In this document: piece by piece, positions 1 to 7,825 of the stretch
How the letters are laid out: each line of letters begins with the position of its first letter
Position numbering within the stretch: the first letter of the stretch is position 1
DNA from: Escherichia coli
GTDB lineage: Bacteria > Pseudomonadota > Gammaproteobacteria > Enterobacterales > Enterobacteriaceae
Direction: 5' to 3' (one strand)
Assembly: GCF_003334785.1 (NCBI RefSeq)
Contig: NZ_QOWV01000027.1
Length of the DNA stretch: 30,887 nucleotides
The notes under the pieces: generated by a model
Databases searched by the model: none
Told to the model about the DNA's origin: nothing
What the model saw: only the letters and a program-made list of their open reading frames with translations
Position numbers and translations under genes: made by a program

Positions 1-56
1 TTTCTCTTCAACCGAACCGGCTGTTTGTGTGAAGTGATTCACATCCGCCGTGTCGA

Positions 57-115
57 TGGAGGCGCATTATAGGGAGTTCTCCGCAGGCCGCAATAGAAAA
101 ATTGCAGAAAAATGA
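57..115 (-). promoter_or_regulatory. rRNA-operon P1-type promoter with UP element, firing leftward out of the window (rrnE P1 by synteny with purH)
   Basis: Minus strand: -35 TTGCGG (93..88), 16-nt spacer, -10 TATAAT (71..66), GC-rich discriminator GCGCCTCC, predicted start near 57. A/T-rich block 94..115 (minus-strand TCATTTTTCTGCAATTTTTCTA) sits where an UP element would. The 16-nt spacer, GCGC discriminator and UP element are the hallmark of E. coli rrn P1 promoters. Confidence 0.75.
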
Positions 116-169
116 CTGACTGCTGCATTCCCCAGCAAAAGCCCGCTTTATACCTTTTTACGCACAGAG

Positions 170-178
170 TTATCCACA
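170..178 (+). promoter_or_regulatory. Exact match to the DnaA-box consensus 9-mer TTATCCACA (function at this site unknown)
   Basis: Read directly: gagTTATCCACAatc. It lies in the intergenic control region between the rrn P1 promoter and the purH promoter. Confidence 0.35.
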
Positions 179-264
179 ATCATCAATGTAATTTCTGTAT
201 TTTGCCCACGGTAACCACAGTCAAAATTGTGATCACCATTGAAAGAGAAAAATTCGCGAGCGTT

Positions 265-286
265 GCGCAAACGTTTTCGTTACAAT
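265..286 (+). promoter_or_regulatory. PurR operator (pur box) abutting a -10-like hexamer of the purHD promoter
   Basis: GCGCAAACGTTTTCGT (265..280) closely matches the 16-bp pur-box consensus ACGCAAACGTTTTCNT. TACAAT (281..286) follows immediately. No good -35 was found, so the exact promoter geometry is uncertain. Confidence 0.7.
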
Positions 287-317
287 GCGGGCGAAAAATA
301 AGGATGCCCCGTTAGGG

Positions 318-355
318 GCGTTAGCTGAGTTTTTCGCGAAAAATTCAGCTAACGC
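318..355 (+). repeat. 38-bp near-perfect inverted repeat (hairpin or dyad) in the purH 5' leader
   Basis: GCGTTAGCTGAGTTTTT-CGCG-AAAAATTCAGCTAACGC. 18 of 19 arm pairs are complementary. The exception (G329/T344) is a G-U wobble only in the purH-sense RNA. A smaller hairpin GCCCC-GTTA-GGGGC (306..319) precedes it and shares 318..319. Confidence 0.9.
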
Positions 356-387
356 TCTCTGTAATAGTCAAATCCAGGGGATTTACC

Positions 388-1977
388 ATGCAACAACGTC
401 GTCCAGTCCGCCGCGCTCTGCTCAGTGTTTCTGACAAAGCCGGTATCGTCGAATTCGCCCAGGCACTTTCCGCACGCGGTGTGGAGCTGCTGTCTACAGG
501 GGGCACTGCCCGTCTGTTAGCAGAAAAAGGTCTGCCGGTAACCGAAGTTTCCGATTACACCGGTTTCCCGGAGATGATGGATGGACGCGTGAAGACCCTG
601 CATCCGAAAGTACATGGTGGCATTCTGGGCCGTCGCGGCCAGGACGATGCCATTATGGAAGAACATCAGATCCAGCCTATCGATATGGTGGTTGTTAACC
701 TGTATCCGTTCGCCCAGACCGTGGCCCGTGAAGGTTGCTCGCTGGAAGATGCGGTTGAGAACATCGATATCGGCGGCCCAACGATGGTGCGCTCCGCCGC
801 CAAGAACCATAAAGATGTCGCAATCGTGGTGAAGAGCAGCGACTATGACGCCATTATTAAAGAGATGGATGACAACGAAGGATCGCTGACGCTTGCAACC
901 CGTTTCGACCTCGCCATCAAAGCCTTCGAACACACTGCCGCCTACGACAGCATGATTGCCAACTACTTCGGCAGCATGGTTCCGGCTTACCACGGTGAAA
1001 GCAAAGAAGCCGCCGGTCGCTTCCCACGCACGCTGAACCTGAACTTCATTAAGAAGCTGGATATGCGTTACGGCGAGAACAGCCACCAGCAGGCTGCCTT
1101 CTATATAGAAGAGAATGTGAAAGAAGCCTCCGTTGCTACCGCAACCCAGGTTCAGGGTAAAGCCCTCTCTTATAACAACATCGCCGATACCGATGCGGCG
1201 CTGGAGTGCGTGAAAGAGTTCGCCGAGCCGGCATGTGTGATTGTGAAGCACGCCAACCCTTGCGGCGTGGCTATCGGCAATTCCATTCTTGATGCTTACG
1301 ATCGCGCGTACAAAACCGACCCAACCTCCGCATTCGGCGGCATCATTGCCTTTAACCGCGAGCTGGATGCGGAAACCGCACAGGCCATCATTTCTCGTCA
1401 GTTTGTCGAAGTGATTATTGCGCCGTCCGCCAGCGAAGAAGCCCTGAAAATCACCGCCGCCAAACAGAACGTACGCGTTCTGACCTGCGGTCAGTGGGGC
1501 GAGCGTGTTCCGGGCCTCGATTTCAAACGCGTGAACGGCGGTCTGCTGGTTCAGGATCGTGACCTGGGGATGGTCGGTGCGGAAGAACTGCGCGTGGTGA
1601 CCAAACGTCAGCCGAGCGAACAGGAACTGCGTGATGCGCTGTTCTGCTGGAAGGTGGCGAAGTTTGTGAAATCCAACGCTATCGTCTATGCCAAAAACAA
1701 TATGACTATCGGCATTGGCGCGGGCCAGATGAGCCGCGTGTACTCCGCAAAAATCGCCGGTATTAAAGCGGCCGATGAAGGCCTGGAAGTGAAAGGTTCC
1801 TCGATGGCTTCTGACGCGTTCTTCCCGTTCCGCGACGGTATTGATGCCGCCGCCGCTGCGGGCGTGACCTGCGTAATCCAGCCTGGCGGTTCTATCCGTG
1901 ATGACGAAGTGATTGCCGCCGCCGACGAGCACGGTATTGCGATGCTCTTCACCGACATGCGCCACTTCCGCCATTAA
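388..1977 (+). CDS. purH: Bifunctional AICAR formyltransferase / IMP cyclohydrolase
   Basis: 529-aa ORF recognised as E. coli PurH. It has an N-terminal MGS-like IMP cyclohydrolase region ([16 protein letters not shown]) and a C-terminal AICARFT region. An AGGGGA SD lies upstream of the ATG. Confidence 0.98.
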
Positions 1978-1988
1978 TGGAGCAATAG

Positions 1989-3278
1989 ATGAAAGTATTA
2001 GTGATTGGTAACGGCGGGCGCGAGCACGCGCTGGCCTGGAAAGCGGTCCAGTCGCCGCTGGTTGAGACTGTTTTTGTTGCTCCGGGTAATGCAGGCACTG
2101 CACTGGAACCCGCGCTGCAAAACGTTGCTATTGGCGTGACCGATATCCCGGCGCTGTTGGATTTCGCACAAAACGAAAAGATTGATCTGACCATCGTCGG
2201 CCCGGAAGCGCCGCTGGTGAAAGGCGTGGTCGATACCTTCCGCGCCGCCGGGCTGAAAATCTTCGGCCCAACCGCAGGTGCGGCCCAACTGGAAGGCTCA
2301 AAAGCGTTTACCAAAGATTTCCTGGCCCGCCATAAGATCCCTACGGCGGAATACCAGAACTTCACCGAGGTAGAACCTGCGCTGGCGTATCTGCGTGAGA
2401 AAGGCGCGCCAATCGTCATTAAAGCGGACGGTCTGGCTGCCGGGAAAGGCGTTATCGTGGCGATGACGCTGGAAGAAGCGGAAGCGGCTGTTCACGATAT
2501 GCTGGCGGGCAACGCTTTTGGCGACGCGGGTCATCGCATCGTTATCGAAGAGTTCCTCGATGGCGAAGAAGCGAGCTTTATCGTGATGGTGGACGGCGAG
2601 CATGTGCTGCCGATGGCTACCAGCCAGGATCACAAACGCGTAGGCGATAAAGATACCGGACCAAACACCGGCGGGATGGGCGCTTACTCCCCCGCGCCGG
2701 TAGTAACCGATGACGTTCATCAGCGCACCATGGAACGTATTATCTGGCCAACCGTGAAAGGCATGGCGGCGGAAGGCAACACCTACACCGGTTTTCTCTA
2801 CGCGGGCCTGATGATCGACAAACAGGGCAATCCGAAGGTTATTGAATTTAACTGCCGCTTTGGCGATCCGGAAACCCAGCCGATTATGCTGCGCATGAAG
2901 TCCGATCTGGTTGAGCTCTGCCTGGCGGCCTGTGAAAGCAAACTGGACGAGAAAACGTCCGAGTGGGATGAACGCGCTTCTCTCGGCGTGGTGATGGCTG
3001 CGGGTGGATATCCGGGTGATTACCGCACCGGTGACGTGATCCACGGCCTGCCGCTGGAAGAAGTGGCAGGCGGCAAAGTGTTCCACGCGGGCACAAAACT
3101 GGCGGATGACGAGCAGGTAGTGACCAACGGCGGGCGCGTACTGTGCGTCACCGCGCTGGGTCATACCGTGGCAGAAGCGCAGAAACGCGCCTATGCCTTA
3201 ATGACCGATATCCACTGGGACGACTGCTTCTGCCGGAAAGATATCGGCTGGCGCGCTATCGAACGCGAGCAGAACTAA
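1989..3278 (+). CDS. purD: Phosphoribosylamine-glycine ligase (GAR synthetase)
   Basis: 429-aa ORF starting 11 nt after the purH stop, with a GGAG SD. ATP-grasp GARS sequence (MKVLVIGNGGREHALAWK...). Confidence 0.98.
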   Translation: MKVLVIGNGGREHALAWKAVQSPLVETVFVAPGNAGTALEPALQNVAIGVTDIPALLDFAQNEKIDLTIVGPEAPLVKGVVDTFRAAGLKIFGPTAGAAQLEGSKAFTKDFLARHKIPTAEYQNFTEVEPALAYLREKGAPIVIKADGLAAGKGVIVAMTLEEAEAAVHDMLAGNAFGDAGHRIVIEEFLDGEEASFIVMVDGEHVLPMATSQDHKRVGDKDTGPNTGGMGAYSPAPVVTDDVHQRTMERIIWPTVKGMAAEGNTYTGFLYAGLMIDKQGNPKVIEFNCRFGDPETQPIMLRMKSDLVELCLAACESKLDEKTSEWDERASLGVVMAAGGYPGDYRTGDVIHGLPLEEVAGGKVFHAGTKLADDEQVVTNGGRVLCVTALGHTVAEAQKRAYALMTDIHWDDCFCRKDIGWRAIEREQN

Positions 3279-4600
3279 CGCGACAGTTTTGCCAATAGCG
3301 TTTTGCGCGTGATCCCTAACTGACGGGCGGCTTCGGTTTTGTTGCCGCCCGTTTTCTCCAGCGCCGCCAGAATCACCTCTTTTTCCACTTCCACCAACGG
3401 CTGAATATCCTGACTTTGTCCCAGCGGGATCGGCGTACTGGCAATCGCCAGCGGCAGCTCGCGTTCGGAAATATATTCCCCGGTCAGCAGCACCACTGCC
3501 CGTTCCACCGCGTTTTCCAGCTCACGAATATTTCCCGGCCAGTCGTAATGAATCAACAGATCCATCGCCTGGGGCGTAAAACCTTTTACCGCCTTGCGAT
3601 TACGCTCGGCAAAGCGCTGCAGAAAATGGCCAGCCAGCAGAGGGATATCTTCCCGCCGTTGCCGCAGCGATGGTACTTCAATCGCCACCACATTCAGGCG
3701 ATAGTAGAGATCCTGGCGAAAACGCCCGGCATTCACCTCTGCGGCAAGATCGCGATGGGTCGCCGCAATCAGCCGGACATCAACCGAGATAATCTGGTTG
3801 CTACCGACACGCTGAACTTCGCGCTCCTGAATCGCACGCAGCAGACGCACCTGCATCATCGGCGAGATATCGCCAATTTCATCGAGAAACAGCGTGCCGC
3901 CGTCCGCCTCAACAAAGCGCCCTTCCCGGCGTTTATCGGCTCCAGTAAACGCCCCTTTTTCGTGACCGAACAATTCAGATTCCAGCAAGGATTCGTTGAG
4001 TGCCGCACAGTTGAGCGTTACCAGCGGTTTTTCGCTACGTGCGCTACTGGCGTGAATCGCCCTGGCGACCAGCTCTTTACCGGTGCCGGAATCGCCGTGG
4101 ATCAGTACCGTGGCTTCCGATGGCGCGACGAGGGCGATTTCACTGAGCAGGTGTTGCATCGCCGGGCTTTTACCGACCATACCGAACTGGCTGGCAGTCA
4201 CCGCAGGTGTTTCAGCATCAATACTGTGCGTATGCGCGAGCGCTTTTTCCAGCGTCGCCTGTAGGTTATCGAAATCCAGCGGCTTGATGAGATAATCCAG
4301 CGCCCCAGTTTTCAGTGCCTCTACCGCCGTCTCGACGCTGGAGTACGCAGTCATAATCAGCACCGGAATTGCCGGGTTTAACGCTTTGATCTCTTTCAGC
4401 GTGGCGATGCCGTCCATCTCCGCCATTCGCACATCGCAAAGCACAAGATCAAAAACCTGTTCCCGCACCTGCTCCAACGCCTGTCGCCCGCTGTTCGCCA
4501 GCGCGACGTTATAGCCCCAGCCGCGCAGTAAAGCCTGCAAAATAGTGCAGTGGCTAATGTCATCATCCACCACCAGAATATCGATATTATCGTGCGTCAT
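3275..4600 (-). CDS. zraR: Sigma54-dependent response regulator of the zinc/envelope-stress two-component system
   Basis: 441-aa ORF. Receiver domain ([14 protein letters not shown]), AAA+ sigma54-interaction core (Walker A GDSGTGKE; GAFTGA loop in [15 protein letters not shown]) and a C-terminal Fis-type HTH. The start ATG overlaps the zraS stop (ATGA). Confidence 0.97.
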   Translation of the reverse strand: MTHDNIDILVVDDDISHCTILQALLRGWGYNVALANSGRQALEQVREQVFDLVLCDVRMAEMDGIATLKEIKALNPAIPVLIMTAYSSVETAVEALKTGALDYLIKPLDFDNLQATLEKALAHTHSIDAETPAVTASQFGMVGKSPAMQHLLSEIALVAPSEATVLIHGDSGTGKELVARAIHASSARSEKPLVTLNCAALNESLLESELFGHEKGAFTGADKRREGRFVEADGGTLFLDEIGDISPMMQVRLLRAIQEREVQRVGSNQIISVDVRLIAATHRDLAAEVNAGRFRQDLYYRLNVVAIEVPSLRQRREDIPLLAGHFLQRFAERNRKAVKGFTPQAMDLLIHYDWPGNIRELENAVERAVVLLTGEYISERELPLAIASTPIPLGQSQDIQPLVEVEKEVILAALEKTGGNKTEAARQLGITRKTLLAKLSR

Positions 4601-5994
4601 CCTTGTGGGTCCTTACGCGTAATATTGACCGGAAGCCAGAGGGTGAACGTTGAGCCTTTTCCCTCCTGGCTTGCGACCTGAATTGTACCACCGTGTTGTT
4701 CAACAATATTATGCACGACCGCCAGCCCCAATCCGGTGCCTTCGGCTTTAGTGGTGAAGTACGGAGTGAAGATGGCATCAAGCTGATCTGCCGCAATTCC
4801 CTTACCGCTGTCGGTAACGCTGATTTTCACGCCCGCGCCGCTTTCGCTGGCCGTCACGCTAATCACGCCATGCTGACCAATCGCCTGAATAGCATTGAGA
4901 TAGAGATTCAACAGGACCTGAGTCAGCCTGTCCGGGTCGGCCTGAATTTCCGGTAATGTGTCGTTGGCGGTAAAGCGTAACTGGATCTCCCGGCTGTTTG
5001 CATCCTGACTTACCAGCTGTAATGAGTGGTTAATCAGCGTGTTGAGATCCACCGCCTGCAAAGCCAGATGCGTTGGCTTAACCAGTTCCAGCAACTCGCT
5101 TACCACGCGGTTTAAACGGTCGGCCTCTTTCGCCATCACCTGCGCCAGTTGATGCGCTTCTCCCCCTGCAGGCGCGCGCTCGGCAAAGTATTTCGCCAGT
5201 CCTTTAATCGAGGAAAGTGGGTTACGGATTTCGTGGGCAACGCCTGCCGCAAGATGCCCCAGCGCCACCAGCTTCTCTTTGCGCTTCATTTCGTCTTGTA
5301 GAAGCTGGCGCGAGCGCAGATAGCGGCGATACCAGAAGAATGACAATACGCTTGCCAGCAAGACCGTCGCCAGGGCGAAGAGGATAATCAGGGTATTGCG
5401 CTTTTCCCCACTCTGGGTTGCAACCAGATCACTGGCATCAACGGCGATAAAAATAGCCTGTTGTGCATCTACTTGTGGCACAGCTTTGCCGTTACAGCGC
5501 GGCATATTGTGCATTCCATGCCGCCAGGGCGCTGACATTGGCTGGAACAAACGATAGACCTCAAGTGCAGGCGTAGTTTCCGTTTTCCCAAGCAGCCGCC
5601 AGCGGGAGTTTTCCTCTGGCTTTAATTTCTGCATTTCATCCGGCGAATAGAGCGCACGCCCGACCTTATCGGGGTCGCTATGAAGAATAATGATGCCCTG
5701 CGCATCGGTGACTGCGAACCACAACACTCCCGGCTGTCCCGCCATCTCTTCCAGAAGCGCCTGTTGCTGTACATGGTGCATTCGCATCCCCATCCCTACG
5801 CGGCTTCCCGACTCCAGAGCGCGGATAAGCACATTACCTTTTTCCAGTAATGCCTGGCGGTCTGCCTCGCTTGCCCGCCCATAATCACGAATCACAGTTA
5901 CCGCAAACAATCCCACCAGCCCAACAATGACCACGGGGAGGATCGCGCTTAACCATTTAGCTAAGGAGTCTTTAGAACGTTGCATAAAACGCAT
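4597..5994 (-). CDS. zraS: Sensor histidine kinase (zinc/lead responsive)
   Basis: 465-aa ORF. N-terminal TM segment, periplasmic domain, second TM (LIILFALATVLLASVLSFFW), H-box HEIRNPLSSI and HATPase boxes (DSGKGI, GTGLGLA). Confidence 0.97.
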   Translation of the reverse strand: MRFMQRSKDSLAKWLSAILPVVIVGLVGLFAVTVIRDYGRASEADRQALLEKGNVLIRALESGSRVGMGMRMHHVQQQALLEEMAGQPGVLWFAVTDAQGIIILHSDPDKVGRALYSPDEMQKLKPEENSRWRLLGKTETTPALEVYRLFQPMSAPWRHGMHNMPRCNGKAVPQVDAQQAIFIAVDASDLVATQSGEKRNTLIILFALATVLLASVLSFFWYRRYLRSRQLLQDEMKRKEKLVALGHLAAGVAHEIRNPLSSIKGLAKYFAERAPAGGEAHQLAQVMAKEADRLNRVVSELLELVKPTHLALQAVDLNTLINHSLQLVSQDANSREIQLRFTANDTLPEIQADPDRLTQVLLNLYLNAIQAIGQHGVISVTASESGAGVKISVTDSGKGIAADQLDAIFTPYFTTKAEGTGLGLAVVHNIVEQHGGTIQVASQEGKGSTFTLWLPVNITRKDPQG

Positions 5995-6025
5995 CTTCTT
6001 CTTTGCCTGCTCATCCCTTTCTGAC

Positions 6026-6041
6026 AGCAGAAATCATGCCA
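6026..6041 (-). promoter_or_regulatory. Sigma54 (-24/-12) promoter for zraSR
   Basis: Minus-strand TGGCATGATTTCTGCT matches TGGCAC-N5-TTGCA, with GG and GC correctly spaced. It lies ~30 nt upstream of the zraS ATG (5994). Confidence 0.8.
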
Positions 6042-6092
6042 TCTTTTATCAGCGCTTACCCTGCGCTGTAACACAAAGGCTTAAGTTTCAAT

Positions 6093-6138
6093 GAGTAAAA
6101 ATGACTCGCTACCCGCAGCAGGCGAGTCATTTTTACTC
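6093..6138. promoter_or_regulatory. Dyad-symmetric upstream activator sequence, probable ZraR binding sites shared by the divergent promoters
   Basis: Perfect 17-bp inverted repeats GAGTAAAAATGACTCGC (6093..6109) and GCGAGTCATTTTTACTC (6122..6138), separated by 12 bp. They sit midway between the two sigma54 promoters. Confidence 0.8.
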
Positions 6139-6180
6139 GTTTATCATGCCAGATTACCCGTCATATCAGCGTTTCATCGT

Positions 6181-6196
6181 TGGCACGGAAGATGCA
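6181..6196 (+). promoter_or_regulatory. Sigma54 (-24/-12) promoter for zraP
   Basis: TGGCACGGAAGATGCA matches TGGCAC-N5-TTGCA. It lies ~36 nt upstream of the zraP ATG. Confidence 0.85.
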
Positions 6197-6231
6197 ATAC
6201 CCGAAGTAAGACAACCACTGGAGGATTAACC

Positions 6232-6657
6232 ATGAAACGGAACACGAAAATTGCCCTGGTAATGATGGCGCTTTCAGCAATGGCGATGGGATCGACATCT
6301 GCATTTGCTCACGGCGGACACGGTATGTGGCAGCAAAATGCCGCGCCTTTGACCAGCGAACAACAGACAGCGTGGCAGAAAATCCATAATGACTTTTACG
6401 CTCAAAGCAGCGCACTGCAACAGCAACTGGTGACGAAGCGTTATGAATACAATGCCCTGTTAGCCGCGAACCCACCGGATAGCAGCAAAATTAACGCGGT
6501 CGCCAAAGAGATGGAGAATTTGCGTCAGTCGTTAGATGAGTTACGGGTGAAACGAGATATCGCGATGGCTGAAGCGGGTATTCCGCGCGGAGCCGGAATG
6601 GGCATGGGCTACGGCGGCTGCGGTGGTGGCGGTCATATGGGTATGGGCCACTGGTAA
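6232..6657 (+). CDS. zraP: Periplasmic zinc-binding chaperone / signalling repressor (CpxP/Spy family)
   Basis: 141 aa from ATG 6232, with GGAGG SD at 6220..6224. Signal peptide MKRNTKIALVMMALSAMAMGSTSAFA, LTxxQ motif (LTSEQQ) and a Gly/Met/His-rich C-terminus. The 188-aa ORF-track version begins upstream of the gene's own promoter. Confidence 0.95.
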   Translation: MKRNTKIALVMMALSAMAMGSTSAFAHGGHGMWQQNAAPLTSEQQTAWQKIHNDFYAQSSALQQQLVTKRYEYNALLAANPPDSSKINAVAKEMENLRQSLDELRVKRDIAMAEAGIPRGAGMGMGYGGCGGGGHMGMGHW

Positions 6658-6658
6658 A

Positions 6659-7354
6659 TCAGAACGTTTTCTCGTTGGGTTGCCAGCGACAGAAATCAGA
6701 GTTTGCCACTAACAGTAATTGCGAACCTTCGGGCGCTTCCAGCCATGCCACGCTGACATCAACAGAAGAGCGGCTCTGGCGGCGCTCGATATGCGCTATC
6801 GCCTGCGAATCTAAATCAGGTTTAATGGTTTGCCCTTCGCAGGTGGTCACGGTCTGTTCCATCGCATGCCAGCGCCCCTGGCGCAGCACGACTCTCCCCT
6901 GACGTAAGGCATCGCTAATCTGGCGGATCTGATCAGCACGATAACGGTATAAATCGATTTGGTCGTTAGAAAGCTGCTGCTTTTCCCCATCGGATTCACG
7001 TTGCATAAAGCTCAGATCACCGCGATCGTCAAAACGCGCGCGAATATTCACCGGCGGTTTGCTGTAAACATTGATATTGATGAGCGTGAGGTTATCGCCC
7101 TGCCAGCGATACTCTCGCGTCGTGGTATCGCCACTGCGCCACGGGCTAAACACGGCAAGCAGATGCACATTATCGCCGCTGTCTTTTCGCCAGATGCGTA
7201 CCGCGCCCTGGTCTTCAGCAAATCCACTGGCGGTAAAGGGAGGAAGTGAAGAGTTATGACTACAGGCAGTGAGAAGCAGAGCGCCAGCCAGCATCAATGA
7301 TCGACGCCAGAAAGACAAAAGGGGTGAAACCACCCCTTCGTTAAAACTGTTCAC
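6659..7354 (-). CDS. yjaH: Predicted lipoprotein of unknown function (DUF1481 family)
   Basis: ORF with a lipobox (LLLTAC) after a WRRSLMLAGA h-region. Only GTG starts are available (7354 or 7360), and the start choice is uncertain. It begins 7-13 nt after the hupA stop. Confidence 0.85.
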   Translation of the reverse strand: MNSFNEGVVSPLLSFWRRSLMLAGALLLTACSHNSSLPPFTASGFAEDQGAVRIWRKDSGDNVHLLAVFSPWRSGDTTTREYRWQGDNLTLININVYSKPPVNIRARFDDRGDLSFMQRESDGEKQQLSNDQIDLYRYRADQIRQISDALRQGRVVLRQGRWHAMEQTVTTCEGQTIKPDLDSQAIAHIERRQSRSSVDVSVAWLEAPEGSQLLLVANSDFCRWQPNEKTF

Positions 7355-7366
7355 TGCCACGCAATC

Positions 7367-7639
7367 TTACTTAACTGCGTCTTTCAGTGCCTTGCCAGAA
7401 ACAAATGCCGGTACGTTAGCTGCGGCAATTTTGATTTCTTTACCGGTCTGCGGGTTGCGGCCAGTACGCTCAGCGCGGTGGTTCACTTTGAAGGTACCGA
7501 AACCAACCAGTTGTACAGCATCGCCTTCTTTCAGAGACTCAGTAATTGCAGCCAGAGTGGACTCCAGAGCAGCTTTAGCCTGGGTTTTGGACAGTTCTGC
7601 TTTCTCTGCAATTACATCAATCAGTTGAGTCTTGTTCAT
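7367..7639 (-). CDS. hupA: Nucleoid-associated DNA-binding protein HU-alpha
   Basis: 90-aa [31 protein letters not shown]...[12 protein letters not shown], recognised as HU alpha. Confidence 0.98.
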
Positions 7640-7825
7640 AAGTTATCCTTACAATGTGTTTATCGCTTGCTAAGCATCGAGTGCGACGGAAATGCCAGAA
7701 TAGCACTCTCCTGCATACACGCACCGATAGCCACTTTTTTTCGCCCCCCAAATGTAGACCAGACGGGGGGCGAAAGGGAAGACTCCAGGTACGACAAATC
7801 AGGCGTTAAATCACGTTTTCTGGTC

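Noticed and set aside
112-315. 67-aa + strand ORF in the rrnE P1 - purH intergenic region
   Set aside because: It overlaps the UP-element/Fis region, the PurR box and the purH promoter. It has no SD, and its composition is unremarkable. It is most likely non-coding regulatory DNA.
517-2103. 528-aa minus-strand ORF antisense to purH. The same applies to similar antisense ORFs at 2298..3164 (purD), 3416..4264 (zraR), 12361..13131 (thiC) and 9521..9946 (hemE).
   Set aside because: All are in-phase shadows of well-recognised genes, with repetitive R/H/F/V-rich translations and no start-site context.
6091-6231. 47-codon N-terminal extension of zraP in the ORF track (188-aa version)
   Set aside because: The extension begins upstream of the ZraR dyad and of zraP's own sigma54 promoter. 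The ATG at 6232 has a GGAGG SD and yields a proper signal peptide.
7682-7697. Sigma54-like motif TGGCATTTCCGTCGCA on the minus strand, ~45 nt upstream of hupA
   Set aside because: The GG-N10-GC spacing is correct, but the -12 element is imperfect (TCGCA versus TTGCA). No enhancer-like dyad is nearby. About one such match is expected by chance in a window of this size, and hupA is known as a sigma70-type, growth-phase-regulated gene.
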